A DNA stretch of 63,967 nt, filler included, from Collodictyon triciliatum (lineage: Eukaryota), in NCBI GenBank assembly GCA_043381765.1. It is 8 parts of 8 records of this genome, joined end to end, with 100 filler letters (N's around TTAATTAATTAA, not from the genome) between each part and the next. Parts side by side here need not be neighbours in the genome. Positions count along the whole stretch, not along the records: positions 36,847 to 45,943 come from JBHJMP010003166.1; positions 46,044 to 55,124 come from JBHJMP010003167.1; 6 more parts are not named here. The stretch is one strand, 5' to 3'. Position 1 is the first letter of the stretch; every line of letters begins with the position of its first letter. Below are positions 37,193 through 46,794 of this stretch, one piece after another. A program made the translations under genes and the position numbers. The notes under the pieces are model-generated. The model saw nothing but the letters and a program-made list of their open reading frames with translations. It was not told where the DNA came from and did no database searches.

Positions 37193-38428
37193 CATAAAAT
37201 AACACCGACTTCATTTTTCCAAACCCGATTCCAGTCGAAGCTTAGAGAATCTCCTAGCCGAAAATTATATTCCAGTCTGGAATCTAGTTGTGATATCCTG
37301 AAAGGGTGCCATAACAGGCTCATAACTTACAAACAAAGTCCCAATTGGGATCAACAAAATATTTACCAGATCAAAAGGTTAGTTGACATTATTTCGAATG
37401 TCAAAGCAGACTCAGGGAGGCTCGTTGAACTAAGGGTGTTTCTTCCCATCGAAATGAAAATGGGCAAAGATCACAAAGATTTTGTTGCTTCTTGTCTCAA
37501 GAACTGGATTCCTTTTGGACTGAATATTTACCCCAGGAAGCTGGAAACCATAGGTAATCCAAAAAGCTATTCAAAGCCTCACATAGGACTTGGAAAATTC
37601 AACTTTCCATGGGGCATTGCCGTGCATCCCATTACCGGGGATATTTACACCTCCGAGGAGGATGCCAATAGAGTCCTTTGGTTTAACAAAAATATGGAGC
37701 TTCAGGGATACATCCATGGTGCAGCCATATTAGATTTGGTAAAAGAGCAATCATCAGAATCGAGAACAAAATCCAAGGCGGAGATAGTTAAAGCGGTGCG
37801 AATTAACCTTCATGGACCTAGGGGAATAGCTGTCTCTCAAAACCATCGCATAGCTGTAGTGGAATACGGAGGCCATTCCGTTTCCATTTTCAATGACGAG
37901 CTGGAGTTTATATTTCGATTTGGTGGGCGTGGTGACCAGGGAAGCAAGTTTTCAAGTCCTTACCACCCAGCCTTCGACTCTAGAGATTTCCTGTACATCG
38001 CTGATTCGGGTAATCGTATGATCAAGAAATTTGCTCCTGATGGCACGTTCCTGTGCTCGTTTGGCAGCATAAATGCGGATATACCCAAGTTACCAGCGCC
38101 ATGCAACGGTGTTTTAATTGATGAGAACGGCTATGTTTACGCAATTTGGTCGGGAACGAGCAATATTAGAGTATTTCGACCAGATACCTCCCATTCACAT
38201 GATATTCCTATTTCATCAATCGGAACAGGAGGCTGGGGGAACTTGGCTCATGGGCCGTTCGAATCATTGGTTGTCACAGACTACAACAACAAATCTATCA
38301 CCTTCTACGACAGAAGTGGGAAGGCTCTACATAAAGTTGAAGTGGATGGTGCCATGGGAGCAGTGTTTGGGCTGGATGGTAGATTCTACGCAACTTCCGT
38401 AACATCAAATAGTGTACTTGTCTTTTAG
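37193..38428 (+). CDS. NHL-repeat (beta-propeller) protein, terminal exon; 5' partial
   Basis: The frame is open well upstream of the listed GTG start, back to a TAG at about 37190. Motifs: FNFPWGIAVHP..GDIYTSE, LHGPRGIAVS...VVEYGGHSVSIF, FRFGGRGDQGSKFSSPYHPAFDSRDFLYIADSGNRMIKKFAPDGTFLCSFG. Confidence 0.85.
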   Translation, partial: HKITPTSFFQTRFQSKLRESPSRKLYSSLESSCDILKGCHNRLITYKQSPNWDQQNIYQIKRLVDIISNVKADSGRLVELRVFLPIEMKMGKDHKDFVASCLKNWIPFGLNIYPRKLETIGNPKSYSKPHIGLGKFNFPWGIAVHPITGDIYTSEEDANRVLWFNKNMELQGYIHGAAILDLVKEQSSESRTKSKAEIVKAVRINLHGPRGIAVSQNHRIAVVEYGGHSVSIFNDELEFIFRFGGRGDQGSKFSSPYHPAFDSRDFLYIADSGNRMIKKFAPDGTFLCSFGSINADIPKLPAPCNGVLIDENGYVYAIWSGTSNIRVFRPDTSHSHDIPISSIGTGGWGNLAHGPFESLVVTDYNNKSITFYDRSGKALHKVEVDGAMGAVFGLDGRFYATSVTSNSVLVF

Positions 38429-38832
38429 TGCACTCACCATCGACGGGCTTATCCGAATCCAATGCAATGCCTGTGGGTCAATCGCTATTATTCTTGCCTC
38501 TTCAAGCTGCAGGTTTAATAATAAATTATGTTGGCCTAATCCCAAAAAACTTGGACATTATCCTATTGGAATGTGTTATGTTGATTTGCATAGAATTGTA
38601 TTGTATTGTATTGTATTTTTACGATTATACCATATGAAAACTACCCCAAGACGTAAAGTGTGCTAGCTAAGAAATAAAAGAGAACCACAAATTCATCTCA
38701 AAAAAAGTGTATGGGAGGTGTAGAAGGGAGAAAATCATGCACATAAAGAACATGAATGATACCCCTACAATCCTCAACTAATATATGTAAAGGATAATTT
38801 ACACAGGGCACCGAAACATAATTCATCGGCTT

Positions 38833-41800
38833 TTATTCAACCAGTGACGGTTTTTCTTGCGAGGCTTCACTTTGGTCGTCAGGAACAAGGCGCCGAAGTG
38901 ACTCAAAAGCAGGGTGATAGTTCCTATCAAGAGCTTGTCTGTAGAGGTTTATTGCCTGGGGGATATCTGGTGGCACTCCTTTCCCAAACTCATATATATC
39001 TGCCATGTTAAATAGCGCAGGGGCAAAGTCCTTGTCAGCAGCCTTTTTGTACCAGGAAAGCGCTATCTCGTAGTTTTGTTCTGTGCCAACTCCATCTTCA
39101 AATATTGTGCCCAAATTATTCATCGCCGCTTCGCTCCCATTGGACGCAGCCTTTTCATACCAACATATGGCCTCTTTCATATTCTTTTCTACATATACTC
39201 CCAAGTGAAACAAAACGGCTAGATTGAATTGAGCGTCCACTTGGTCCAATTCAGCTGCCTTTTTAAACCACTCAAAGCAGAATTGCTCGTTCTTTTCGGT
39301 ACCAACACCATTTTTGTAACACAGCCCGATGTTGTTCATAGCATATGCGTTCCCAAGGTCGGCAGCCAGTTGGTATGTCTGAAAGGCTCTTTGGAAATTG
39401 ATATCCGTTCCCAATCCATCTTCATAACAACGCCCAAGACAAGACAAGGCATCCGAATTGCATTGATCAGCACTTTTTTTGAAATATAGGAATGCTTCCA
39501 ACAAATCTCTGTCAACTCCTATCCCATCACGAAAACAACATGCCAGATTGTATTGGGCTATCGGATGTCCCTTCTCAGCAGCTTTTCGGTACCACATAAC
39601 AGCTTCTTCCTTATTCGTTTCTGTCCCAATTCCATGAAACAATGAATATGCGGACTTTGCTAATCCAAACACGCTCCCTAGGTTAGATGCTTTTCGATAA
39701 AGAGAATAAGCCTTACCATGGTTTCTTTCTACGTTTATACCCATTTCATATATCGTGCCTAACTGTAACAATGAATCTTCATGTTCATTATCCGCAGCTT
39801 TTTCAAACCATTGTAGCCCTTCCTGTTTCAGCTCTTGTTCTGAAGAATTTTCAAAAAGATACTTTGCAAGCTGCCATTGGGCTTCTACCAGACCACCTTC
39901 TGCTGCCTTTCTTATCCAACTCAGACCAACCCTTTCATTTCTTCTGACCACTTTTCCTTTCAAGTTCAACAATCCAAATTTTAATTGACTAGGTAAATCA
40001 CCTAACTCTGCCCGGTTTTTTAGTTCTTTGAGAGAATTACCTGATGCTTTAGATAATGTTGGGATGAATGAAGATTCCAGTAAAGACTTTTGATATCCTT
40101 CAATTCTACTACATTGATTCACAAACGTGTCTTGTGTGAGAAGGGCATGATTGGAGACCGATTCTAGGTGTAATTCAAACGAAATCTCTTGAGATTCTGC
40201 TTTTTCTATCTTTAGACCCCACGTTCGAAAAACGCCATCTTCGCCGGCTGAGATAATTCTTGGCTCTTTTGTGGAGTTACATGCAATTATGCTCAGAACT
40301 GCGCCATGATGAGCTTTACATTTTCCAAGAATCTTCCTGTCCAAGTTTCGAATTTCAATATCTCCATTAATATTGCCAGTTACTGAAAAGATCATTTTGG
40401 TTCCAAATAGATTCCCCACGCTCTCTTTTTTCTCAGAGTCGAAATGGTAGAAATTTGCAGCGGTAGTGTCCTCGCTCAGCCAGTATTCAAAAGAGTTGAT
40501 TTCTGTATTGCTCCGAATTCCGTGTGTAGTAAGTCTCATTTTTTCTCCACTCCACAAGAATAAGTTTCCATTGATGCTTTCACAATTTGGGTCAATTAGG
40601 TAAGTTGTATCAGCAGATAGTTCATACTGGTGAGAATCCACAACTGTGATGGAAAACACATCCCAATAACACAAATAACCAGATGGACTACCAGTCATCA
40701 ATACTTTGTTATCAGTACAAGGAGTGCTTATGAAGGATATCCAATTCATGACTCCATACGGATTTTTAATCACCCTTAGCATACACCAGTTTTCAAAGTC
40801 CCAAACGCGGACATACTCGTCATTACAGACAAATAGTAGGAGCGAGAGATTATCCTCAGAATCTAGGCTACAGATCGATGATACGAAATCCACGGGTAAA
40901 TCGGTTTCACATAATATATTTCTTAATTTTATATCCAATTTCATCATGCAGCTTCCAGCAATACAAATTAAATAGACGGCTTTGTTCCTTGACATGACTT
41001 CAAGGATATGACTTACAGGGCCTTTTGCACATTTTGTATCAATGAACCTCATTCCCATATCCAAATCATACAGTCTGACAATACCATTCTGATACCCGCA
41101 GGCTACGATGTTGTGTTCTTTGAAAAGATTGATTGCGCTTATGTACCCAGAATCTAAGTCTCCCGCTTGGCTCATATGTAATATTCTCCAAGTACTCCAA
41201 GTCCTTATAGTATGGTCACTGCCTGATGAGACCAAGCATGACTTACCGGAGTTACTGTAGTGAAAAATTCCGAGGTTTTTGACACCACCAGTATGTGCAA
41301 CAAATTTTCCTAAAATCTGCTTGTTGTCGTAGTCACATATCATTATAAGACCGTCGTTTGTACCCACCGCTACATATATATGTTTATTAATTGATTCCAT
41401 CCATGAGCAAATCCTGTTGATTTTAGCTGCCTTAAGTTCCCATATATTGTCGATTCGACCGTCTTGTAGGCAATATTCTGATATTATATTGTTCTGGCAA
41501 GTAAGAAAAACGAACGCTTGTTGATCTCTTAACGTTATGGATATATCTGAAATCGTCTTTATCTGTGTGATTTTCCTATGTATCTTCATTCTTAAGAGAT
41601 CCCAATGAATCAGGCTGCCATCAACTAGGATTGTCAGAAATTGTGGAGAGCCTCGATTTTGGCTGATAGGAATAACTGTGGAGAACTTCATGTCGGTGTC
41701 CTCAGATTTGTTTTCTACTAGACCAGTAATTTTGTTCCACAGAAAAATTGTTCCGTCATCGCCAGCACTGATCAGATAAGTGCTTGGGTTGCTTGAATCA

Positions 41801-44800
41801 AAGAAAACTACACTTCTCACGGTTTGTCTATGACCTTTTAATACTACGGACGAGTTGGAGTCAGTTGGATGCCAGATTTTTATACAACCATCAAGCATAC
41901 CAAGAGCTATCATTATATGAGAATCTCCAATATGTAAAGCATCCATGCAGGTCACCTTACTGAAATTGTCTTCAAATTTGTGGAGTTGAATCATAGTATC
42001 AATATCAAATATCAGTAACCTATTGGAGGTGATGGCAACACATAATCTAGCACCAAGCACACATTTTTGGAATAAAACATGGAATCCGATATGATGAAAG
42101 GCATCCCAGCCAAAGTCAACATCACTAAATGTGCTTTTGATGAATCTGCACTCTTTGAAATACACATTCCTCATATCTGAATATGACAAATCGACTGCAG
42201 TAAATTTACAGTGACTAAATTTGCTTCCTTTTAAGTTGAAGTATCGAAGTGACAGGTTCTCGAAATTAATATGTCGAAATGGTCTAATCATGGAGATTAT
42301 TCTAAAACACGTTGCACGCAGAAAGTATTCTGCCGAATCTGCTTCATCTTTCTGAATCATGACTGAATCAATCATCTTTTGTAAAAGTGGTTCATCTTTT
42401 TTGACCAAGTAGGAGGTAAATGTAAGTACACCCTGAGAAAGTTCCTGTCCCTTCCACTCAAAATCTTTGTCGGATATTACTCTCCACATGGAACTTGTAT
42501 ATTCCACTATATCCATCATATCTAGATTAATCATGAGCTCATTTTGTTTCAATAAATAAACAAAGTCGAGAAAATTGAAAAAATCTCGAATATGTTCATT
42601 TATGGGTTGAATTTCATTTTTTCCCGATGATTTCAATAGTGGTGACAACCCAAATATTTTGGAAAAATCAGATGAATCTAGATTTTCTGAGATACCTAAG
42701 GTCTTTGTTTGTATGCTGCTTTTTGACTCATGTTGTTCAACAATTGAACAGGCATTAGGGTGGAAACTTTTATGTTCTGAAAGAAAACTTTCTAGTATAC
42801 ACTGACGAATGTGATACTTATATAATTCATGCAATAATAATTGACTATTCAATTTCAAAATGAGTACTTGGCTCCTCTCAAGAATCCTTTCGAAAAGAAA
42901 TTTGACCAAATGGACGAAGAATTCTGCTTCATCTATAAAGAAACTTTTCCGTTTCCTTTCATCAGGGATATATTGAGTGCAGTAGTATATAAACATGTTT
43001 ATGTTTAAAGGCGTTCTACATGTGGCATAGACTGACTGGTTGCGAAAGAATGCTTTGAAATAAAATGTTAAAAAGGCTCCTGATTGATCTTTATTATTGA
43101 ATATCAGGTAATCATTGATATACTTCCCCACAGCTTCGTCGTTTAAAGGACTCATGGTGTATATATTATGACTATATAATTGAATTAAGGATTTGTATTC
43201 ATCTGCTGCTATTACATATTTTGCCGTCATTTCATAAGGACAATCAAAAAGGTGATCGACTTGTTTGTGGAATAAGGGGTTATAGTTGTCAATTATCATT
43301 ACAAATTTAAAGTGGCGTATTAGTATAGGCTTGGGGATACCGTCTGACCCCTCTTTCAAAGAAAATTCTGAAAGTAGTGTGACTTGCTCGCACAGTAGAG
43401 GTAAGCTTTCGTCTTCAGAATCAACCAATCCATATGAAACATAAAATGGAATCCAATCGTATGGATCTTCAGATACACTTAAAATGGAATGAATGTAGTT
43501 TATATATGTCGATTTTCCAGACCCAAAATCACCTCCTATAATCATCACTCTATCGCCACTTTGAACATATTGAAACAGTAGGTCTTCCATCGACATATCA
43601 GAATCAATCATCCCGTCACTCCTAATAGGATGGATCAAAACTTGTTTGAAAAAAAACTTGTTTTCGATTTCCGGAGCGTATTTTTTCTTGTATTTTACAA
43701 TTGCTTCTTCTGTACACCGGAGATTTTTTTGTGCTTGTTCGAATAAGAGACATTCTGATGATTCCTTAATTATTTGATGCTGATTCCATTCTAATATGGA
43801 TGAGAAGTCGAATTCAGAAATATTCCTTTTCACCTCGGCTGTTCCGAATTCACTCAGGAAATCCTTCACTCTTTGTGTATGGCTATTTGAGGGGATTGGA
43901 CGAGAACTCTCCCAAGCGTGAAGAGTTTTGAAAGCATAGTCCTTCAATGAGTAATCTTGCGACCAAATCTTTTGATCCTTGATAACTTCTTCAAACACGT
44001 TTAAGATAAGCTCTTTTACATCCACTTTTTTTAGAAACGACAGTGAATAAGAAAGAAGCATGATAGTATATCTCCCGAAGAGATTGTCTTGCATGTATGC
44101 ATCATTACTTAAAACGAGTTCTTCGAAAGTCCAGAAAAACTCATTTTCAATTAAAATAAAGAGGACATGAAGAAAATCCAAAGGTATTTCATTATTCATT
44201 TTCGATTTGTTTTCATTAACAAGAATGTGAATATTGTCTACCAAGGCTCTGATTTGTTTGGGGGTTTCAGATTTCTCTGTGAGAAGAAAGCTCATAGTAT
44301 ATTTGCCGGGATCCGTGAGTAAGCTTCTCAAAGTTTTCTGTGGAGGATCAGTCAAACGAGCAACGTGCTGCTTGTACAAAGAAAACCATATGTGTATCTC
44401 ATGATCAGTCTCCAATTCTGGACTCAAGGTAGCTACGGACAGTAATTCTTCCAGGAGGGGATTTGGATACGAGTTGCATGCGACGATGCCATTAGAGGCA
44501 CAATAAAGCAGTATACAGCAAGATCTCCATAAACACAATCTCGGGATTATTGTGCTTTTTTGTATTACAGTCTGCCTCAGGAACATCAAGACTATGTGGT
44601 ACAGTGTGTCAACATGATCAGATAAATCGATACTCATTGGCATTTGGGTGAACACTTGAACCAAAACATGTAAATGAATTTCGTCTACATTTTCTAGCTC
44701 TAGATATTTTTTCATGATCGCGGTCAGAGCCATCGTCACAATAGAAGAGTCTGGAGAGTGAAGAAACTGAGCCATCTCTAAAACTTCATTCTTGTCGAAT

Positions 44801-45480
44801 TGTGAACTTTGAAAATTGGCTAATATAAGTTCATAGACTATTAAATCGCGCTTTTGGTCGGGCTTTGACGTTATGGTATGGTAGAATGTGTGACTGTTAG
44901 GGGCGGTGCTATCACTTTGATTGCTTTCAAAATCGTGATTCAGGGAAAAAACCCTGGTGTATTGATAAGGTGGTGGGGGCGGAGGAGGTGGTGGAGGTGG
45001 TGGTGGAGTCGGTGGTTTTTGAATAGCAGCTGACTGACTTATTTTAGTATTCGAATATGACGAGCTTTCCGGTGGCCGTCCATGGGTAGGAGTATTCCTT
45101 TGTAGTGTAGTTGCCAATGGCTCAGGAGTGCGTGGTCTGGCAGAGCAGCTTGAACCGCCTCCCAGCAATCGGAGTTTCAGGCATATAGAGAAAGTGGTGT
45201 TTTTGCTCATTTGACACGGAACTGGAGATGTTCGAAAGAGCACATACACACCTCGCTCCAAAAAATGAGAAATACTGCACAAATCCTGTGGTGATCGAGG
45301 GTGCATTGGCACCCATGAGTCAAAGGACAAAGTGCATGAATCAGGAAATACACATCTACTCTTTGAAAATGAGACTATTGCATCAGGGAGGGTAAAAATC
45401 CAGTCGCCTCTTTGTTGGTCCCAGCTACAGTATACGGATACGCATCCCTCTGCATCAAGTAGTGCGATCTTGTGGAACAT
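38833..45480 (-). CDS. Intronless 2215-aa NLR-like STAND protein: Ubl-like leader - Pro linker - helical domain - NACHT - pentapeptide repeats - WD40 - 10 Sel1 repeats
   Basis: Single ORF with an in-frame stop just upstream of the ATG. Walker A GDFGSGKS at about 43510-43533; Walker B-like FVMIIDNYN at about 43280-43306; CRTPL motif. Pentapeptide run FENLSLRYFNLKGSKFSHCKFTAVDLSYSDMRNVYF at about 42105-42275. WD40 motifs LKGHRQTVRSV..LISAGDDGTIFLWN and AHTGGVKNL..LVSSGSDHTIRTW. Sel1 motif AQYNLACCFRDGIGV..D...AF.YFKKSA at about 38900-40010. Confidence 0.92.
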   Translation of the reverse strand: MFHKIALLDAEGCVSVYCSWDQQRGDWIFTLPDAIVSFSKSRCVFPDSCTLSFDSWVPMHPRSPQDLCSISHFLERGVYVLFRTSPVPCQMSKNTTFSICLKLRLLGGGSSCSARPRTPEPLATTLQRNTPTHGRPPESSSYSNTKISQSAAIQKPPTPPPPPPPPPPPPPYQYTRVFSLNHDFESNQSDSTAPNSHTFYHTITSKPDQKRDLIVYELILANFQSSQFDKNEVLEMAQFLHSPDSSIVTMALTAIMKKYLELENVDEIHLHVLVQVFTQMPMSIDLSDHVDTLYHIVLMFLRQTVIQKSTIIPRLCLWRSCCILLYCASNGIVACNSYPNPLLEELLSVATLSPELETDHEIHIWFSLYKQHVARLTDPPQKTLRSLLTDPGKYTMSFLLTEKSETPKQIRALVDNIHILVNENKSKMNNEIPLDFLHVLFILIENEFFWTFEELVLSNDAYMQDNLFGRYTIMLLSYSLSFLKKVDVKELILNVFEEVIKDQKIWSQDYSLKDYAFKTLHAWESSRPIPSNSHTQRVKDFLSEFGTAEVKRNISEFDFSSILEWNQHQIIKESSECLLFEQAQKNLRCTEEAIVKYKKKYAPEIENKFFFKQVLIHPIRSDGMIDSDMSMEDLLFQYVQSGDRVMIIGGDFGSGKSTYINYIHSILSVSEDPYDWIPFYVSYGLVDSEDESLPLLCEQVTLLSEFSLKEGSDGIPKPILIRHFKFVMIIDNYNPLFHKQVDHLFDCPYEMTAKYVIAADEYKSLIQLYSHNIYTMSPLNDEAVGKYINDYLIFNNKDQSGAFLTFYFKAFFRNQSVYATCRTPLNINMFIYYCTQYIPDERKRKSFFIDEAEFFVHLVKFLFERILERSQVLILKLNSQLLLHELYKYHIRQCILESFLSEHKSFHPNACSIVEQHESKSSIQTKTLGISENLDSSDFSKIFGLSPLLKSSGKNEIQPINEHIRDFFNFLDFVYLLKQNELMINLDMMDIVEYTSSMWRVISDKDFEWKGQELSQGVLTFTSYLVKKDEPLLQKMIDSVMIQKDEADSAEYFLRATCFRIISMIRPFRHINFENLSLRYFNLKGSKFSHCKFTAVDLSYSDMRNVYFKECRFIKSTFSDVDFGWDAFHHIGFHVLFQKCVLGARLCVAITSNRLLIFDIDTMIQLHKFEDNFSKVTCMDALHIGDSHIMIALGMLDGCIKIWHPTDSNSSVVLKGHRQTVRSVVFFDSSNPSTYLISAGDDGTIFLWNKITGLVENKSEDTDMKFSTVIPISQNRGSPQFLTILVDGSLIHWDLLRMKIHRKITQIKTISDISITLRDQQAFVFLTCQNNIISEYCLQDGRIDNIWELKAAKINRICSWMESINKHIYVAVGTNDGLIMICDYDNKQILGKFVAHTGGVKNLGIFHYSNSGKSCLVSSGSDHTIRTWSTWRILHMSQAGDLDSGYISAINLFKEHNIVACGYQNGIVRLYDLDMGMRFIDTKCAKGPVSHILEVMSRNKAVYLICIAGSCMMKLDIKLRNILCETDLPVDFVSSICSLDSEDNLSLLLFVCNDEYVRVWDFENWCMLRVIKNPYGVMNWISFISTPCTDNKVLMTGSPSGYLCYWDVFSITVVDSHQYELSADTTYLIDPNCESINGNLFLWSGEKMRLTTHGIRSNTEINSFEYWLSEDTTAANFYHFDSEKKESVGNLFGTKMIFSVTGNINGDIEIRNLDRKILGKCKAHHGAVLSIIACNSTKEPRIISAGEDGVFRTWGLKIEKAESQEISFELHLESVSNHALLTQDTFVNQCSRIEGYQKSLLESSFIPTLSKASGNSLKELKNRAELGDLPSQLKFGLLNLKGKVVRRNERVGLSWIRKAAEGGLVEAQWQLAKYLFENSSEQELKQEGLQWFEKAADNEHEDSLLQLGTIYEMGINVERNHGKAYSLYRKASNLGSVFGLAKSAYSLFHGIGTETNKEEAVMWYRKAAEKGHPIAQYNLACCFRDGIGVDRDLLEAFLYFKKSADQCNSDALSCLGRCYEDGLGTDINFQRAFQTYQLAADLGNAYAMNNIGLCYKNGVGTEKNEQFCFEWFKKAAELDQVDAQFNLAVLFHLGVYVEKNMKEAICWYEKAASNGSEAAMNNLGTIFEDGVGTEQNYEIALSWYKKAADKDFAPALFNMADIYEFGKGVPPDIPQAINLYRQALDRNYHPAFESLRRLVPDDQSEASQEKPSLVE

Positions 45481-46794
45481 TCGGAAATGTGCGCCTTTTT
45501 ATTTCGCTTCTCTGCGGAGTAAGGTAAGGCTGTTTAAGTGAAATCAGGGCGCCTCTTTGTGATTTGGTTGTAATTCTACTTCTAAAATTAATTCAAGGGG
45601 GATTACAGATTACCTGTATGTATTGGTTGCCAATAATAAGGGAGTTTTATTTGAATTCTGGATGTCGCCACTTTCTTTTCCTTTGTTTTTGTTTTTGTTT
45701 TTGTTTTTGTTTTTGTTTTTGTTTTTGTTTTTGTTTTTGTTTTTGTTTTTGTTTTTGTTTTTGTTTTTCCTTTTCTTTATTCTTTTTTCTTTTTCTTTAT
45801 TCTTTTTTCTTTTTCTTTTTTCTTTTTCTTTTTTCTTTTTTCTTTTTCTTTTTCTTTTTTTCCTTTTTCTTTTTTCCTTTTTCTTTTTTTCCTTTTTCTT
45901 TTTCTTTCCTTTTTTCTTTTTCTTTTATATTTTATATTTTATANNNNNNNNNNNNNNNNNNNNNNNNNNNNNNNNNNNNNNNNNNNNTTAATTAATTAAN
46001 NNNNNNNNNNNNNNNNNNNNNNNNNNNNNNNNNNNNNNNNNNNTTTCTTTTCTTTTCTTTTCTTTTCTTTTCTTTTCTTTTCTTTTCTTTTCTTTTCTTT
46101 TCTTTTCTTTTCTTTTCTTTTCTTTTCTTTTCTTTTCTAGCTTGCGTTTACCATATATTTGCACCAAGCGAGGAGTCATAGCATGTGTATTTCTCAGAAA
46201 AACTAAAACATTAATACGAGGATACTGTCTCGTGCAAATGAGCGTGTGAAACATTAGCTGTGAAAAAAGAAAAAAGTTCAAGAAAATGAGTTCCTTGTGA
46301 ATCGAAAGGTGCAAAGGAGCAAAATGATAACGCGTCTCACCCTCTAAAAAAAATCAGCTCATGTGCAATTGCGGAAAATATAGAAAGATTATCTGGATCT
46401 GATGGCTAATTGCCCCAGAACATACATAACATAATTTTCGGTGAACAAAATTTATCGATAAGGCAATTATATAATCAATAGGGGATTTCTGTTTTGGCGT
46501 GATCTGACAAGTTTTTTTCCTGTGCACAATCACAATTCCTGTTCGTATAGTAGTTTCCAAGCAAAGACAGAGTCACAGCGCATTATTTCCTCATCTCGCT
46601 TTTCCCTTAAACCTCCAAACAAGCTCATCTTTGTAACACAGAACACAACCCATGTTTAACCTTAAAAAGTGTTGCTTTTTTTTTATTTTGTACAAACCCT
46701 TTTTTATTTATTTATTTTCTTTTCAATATTATTTATCCTTTATTGACTTGAAAAGCTGAAATAGTGGCAGTAAGAAATAGTGTCTTGACATAGA

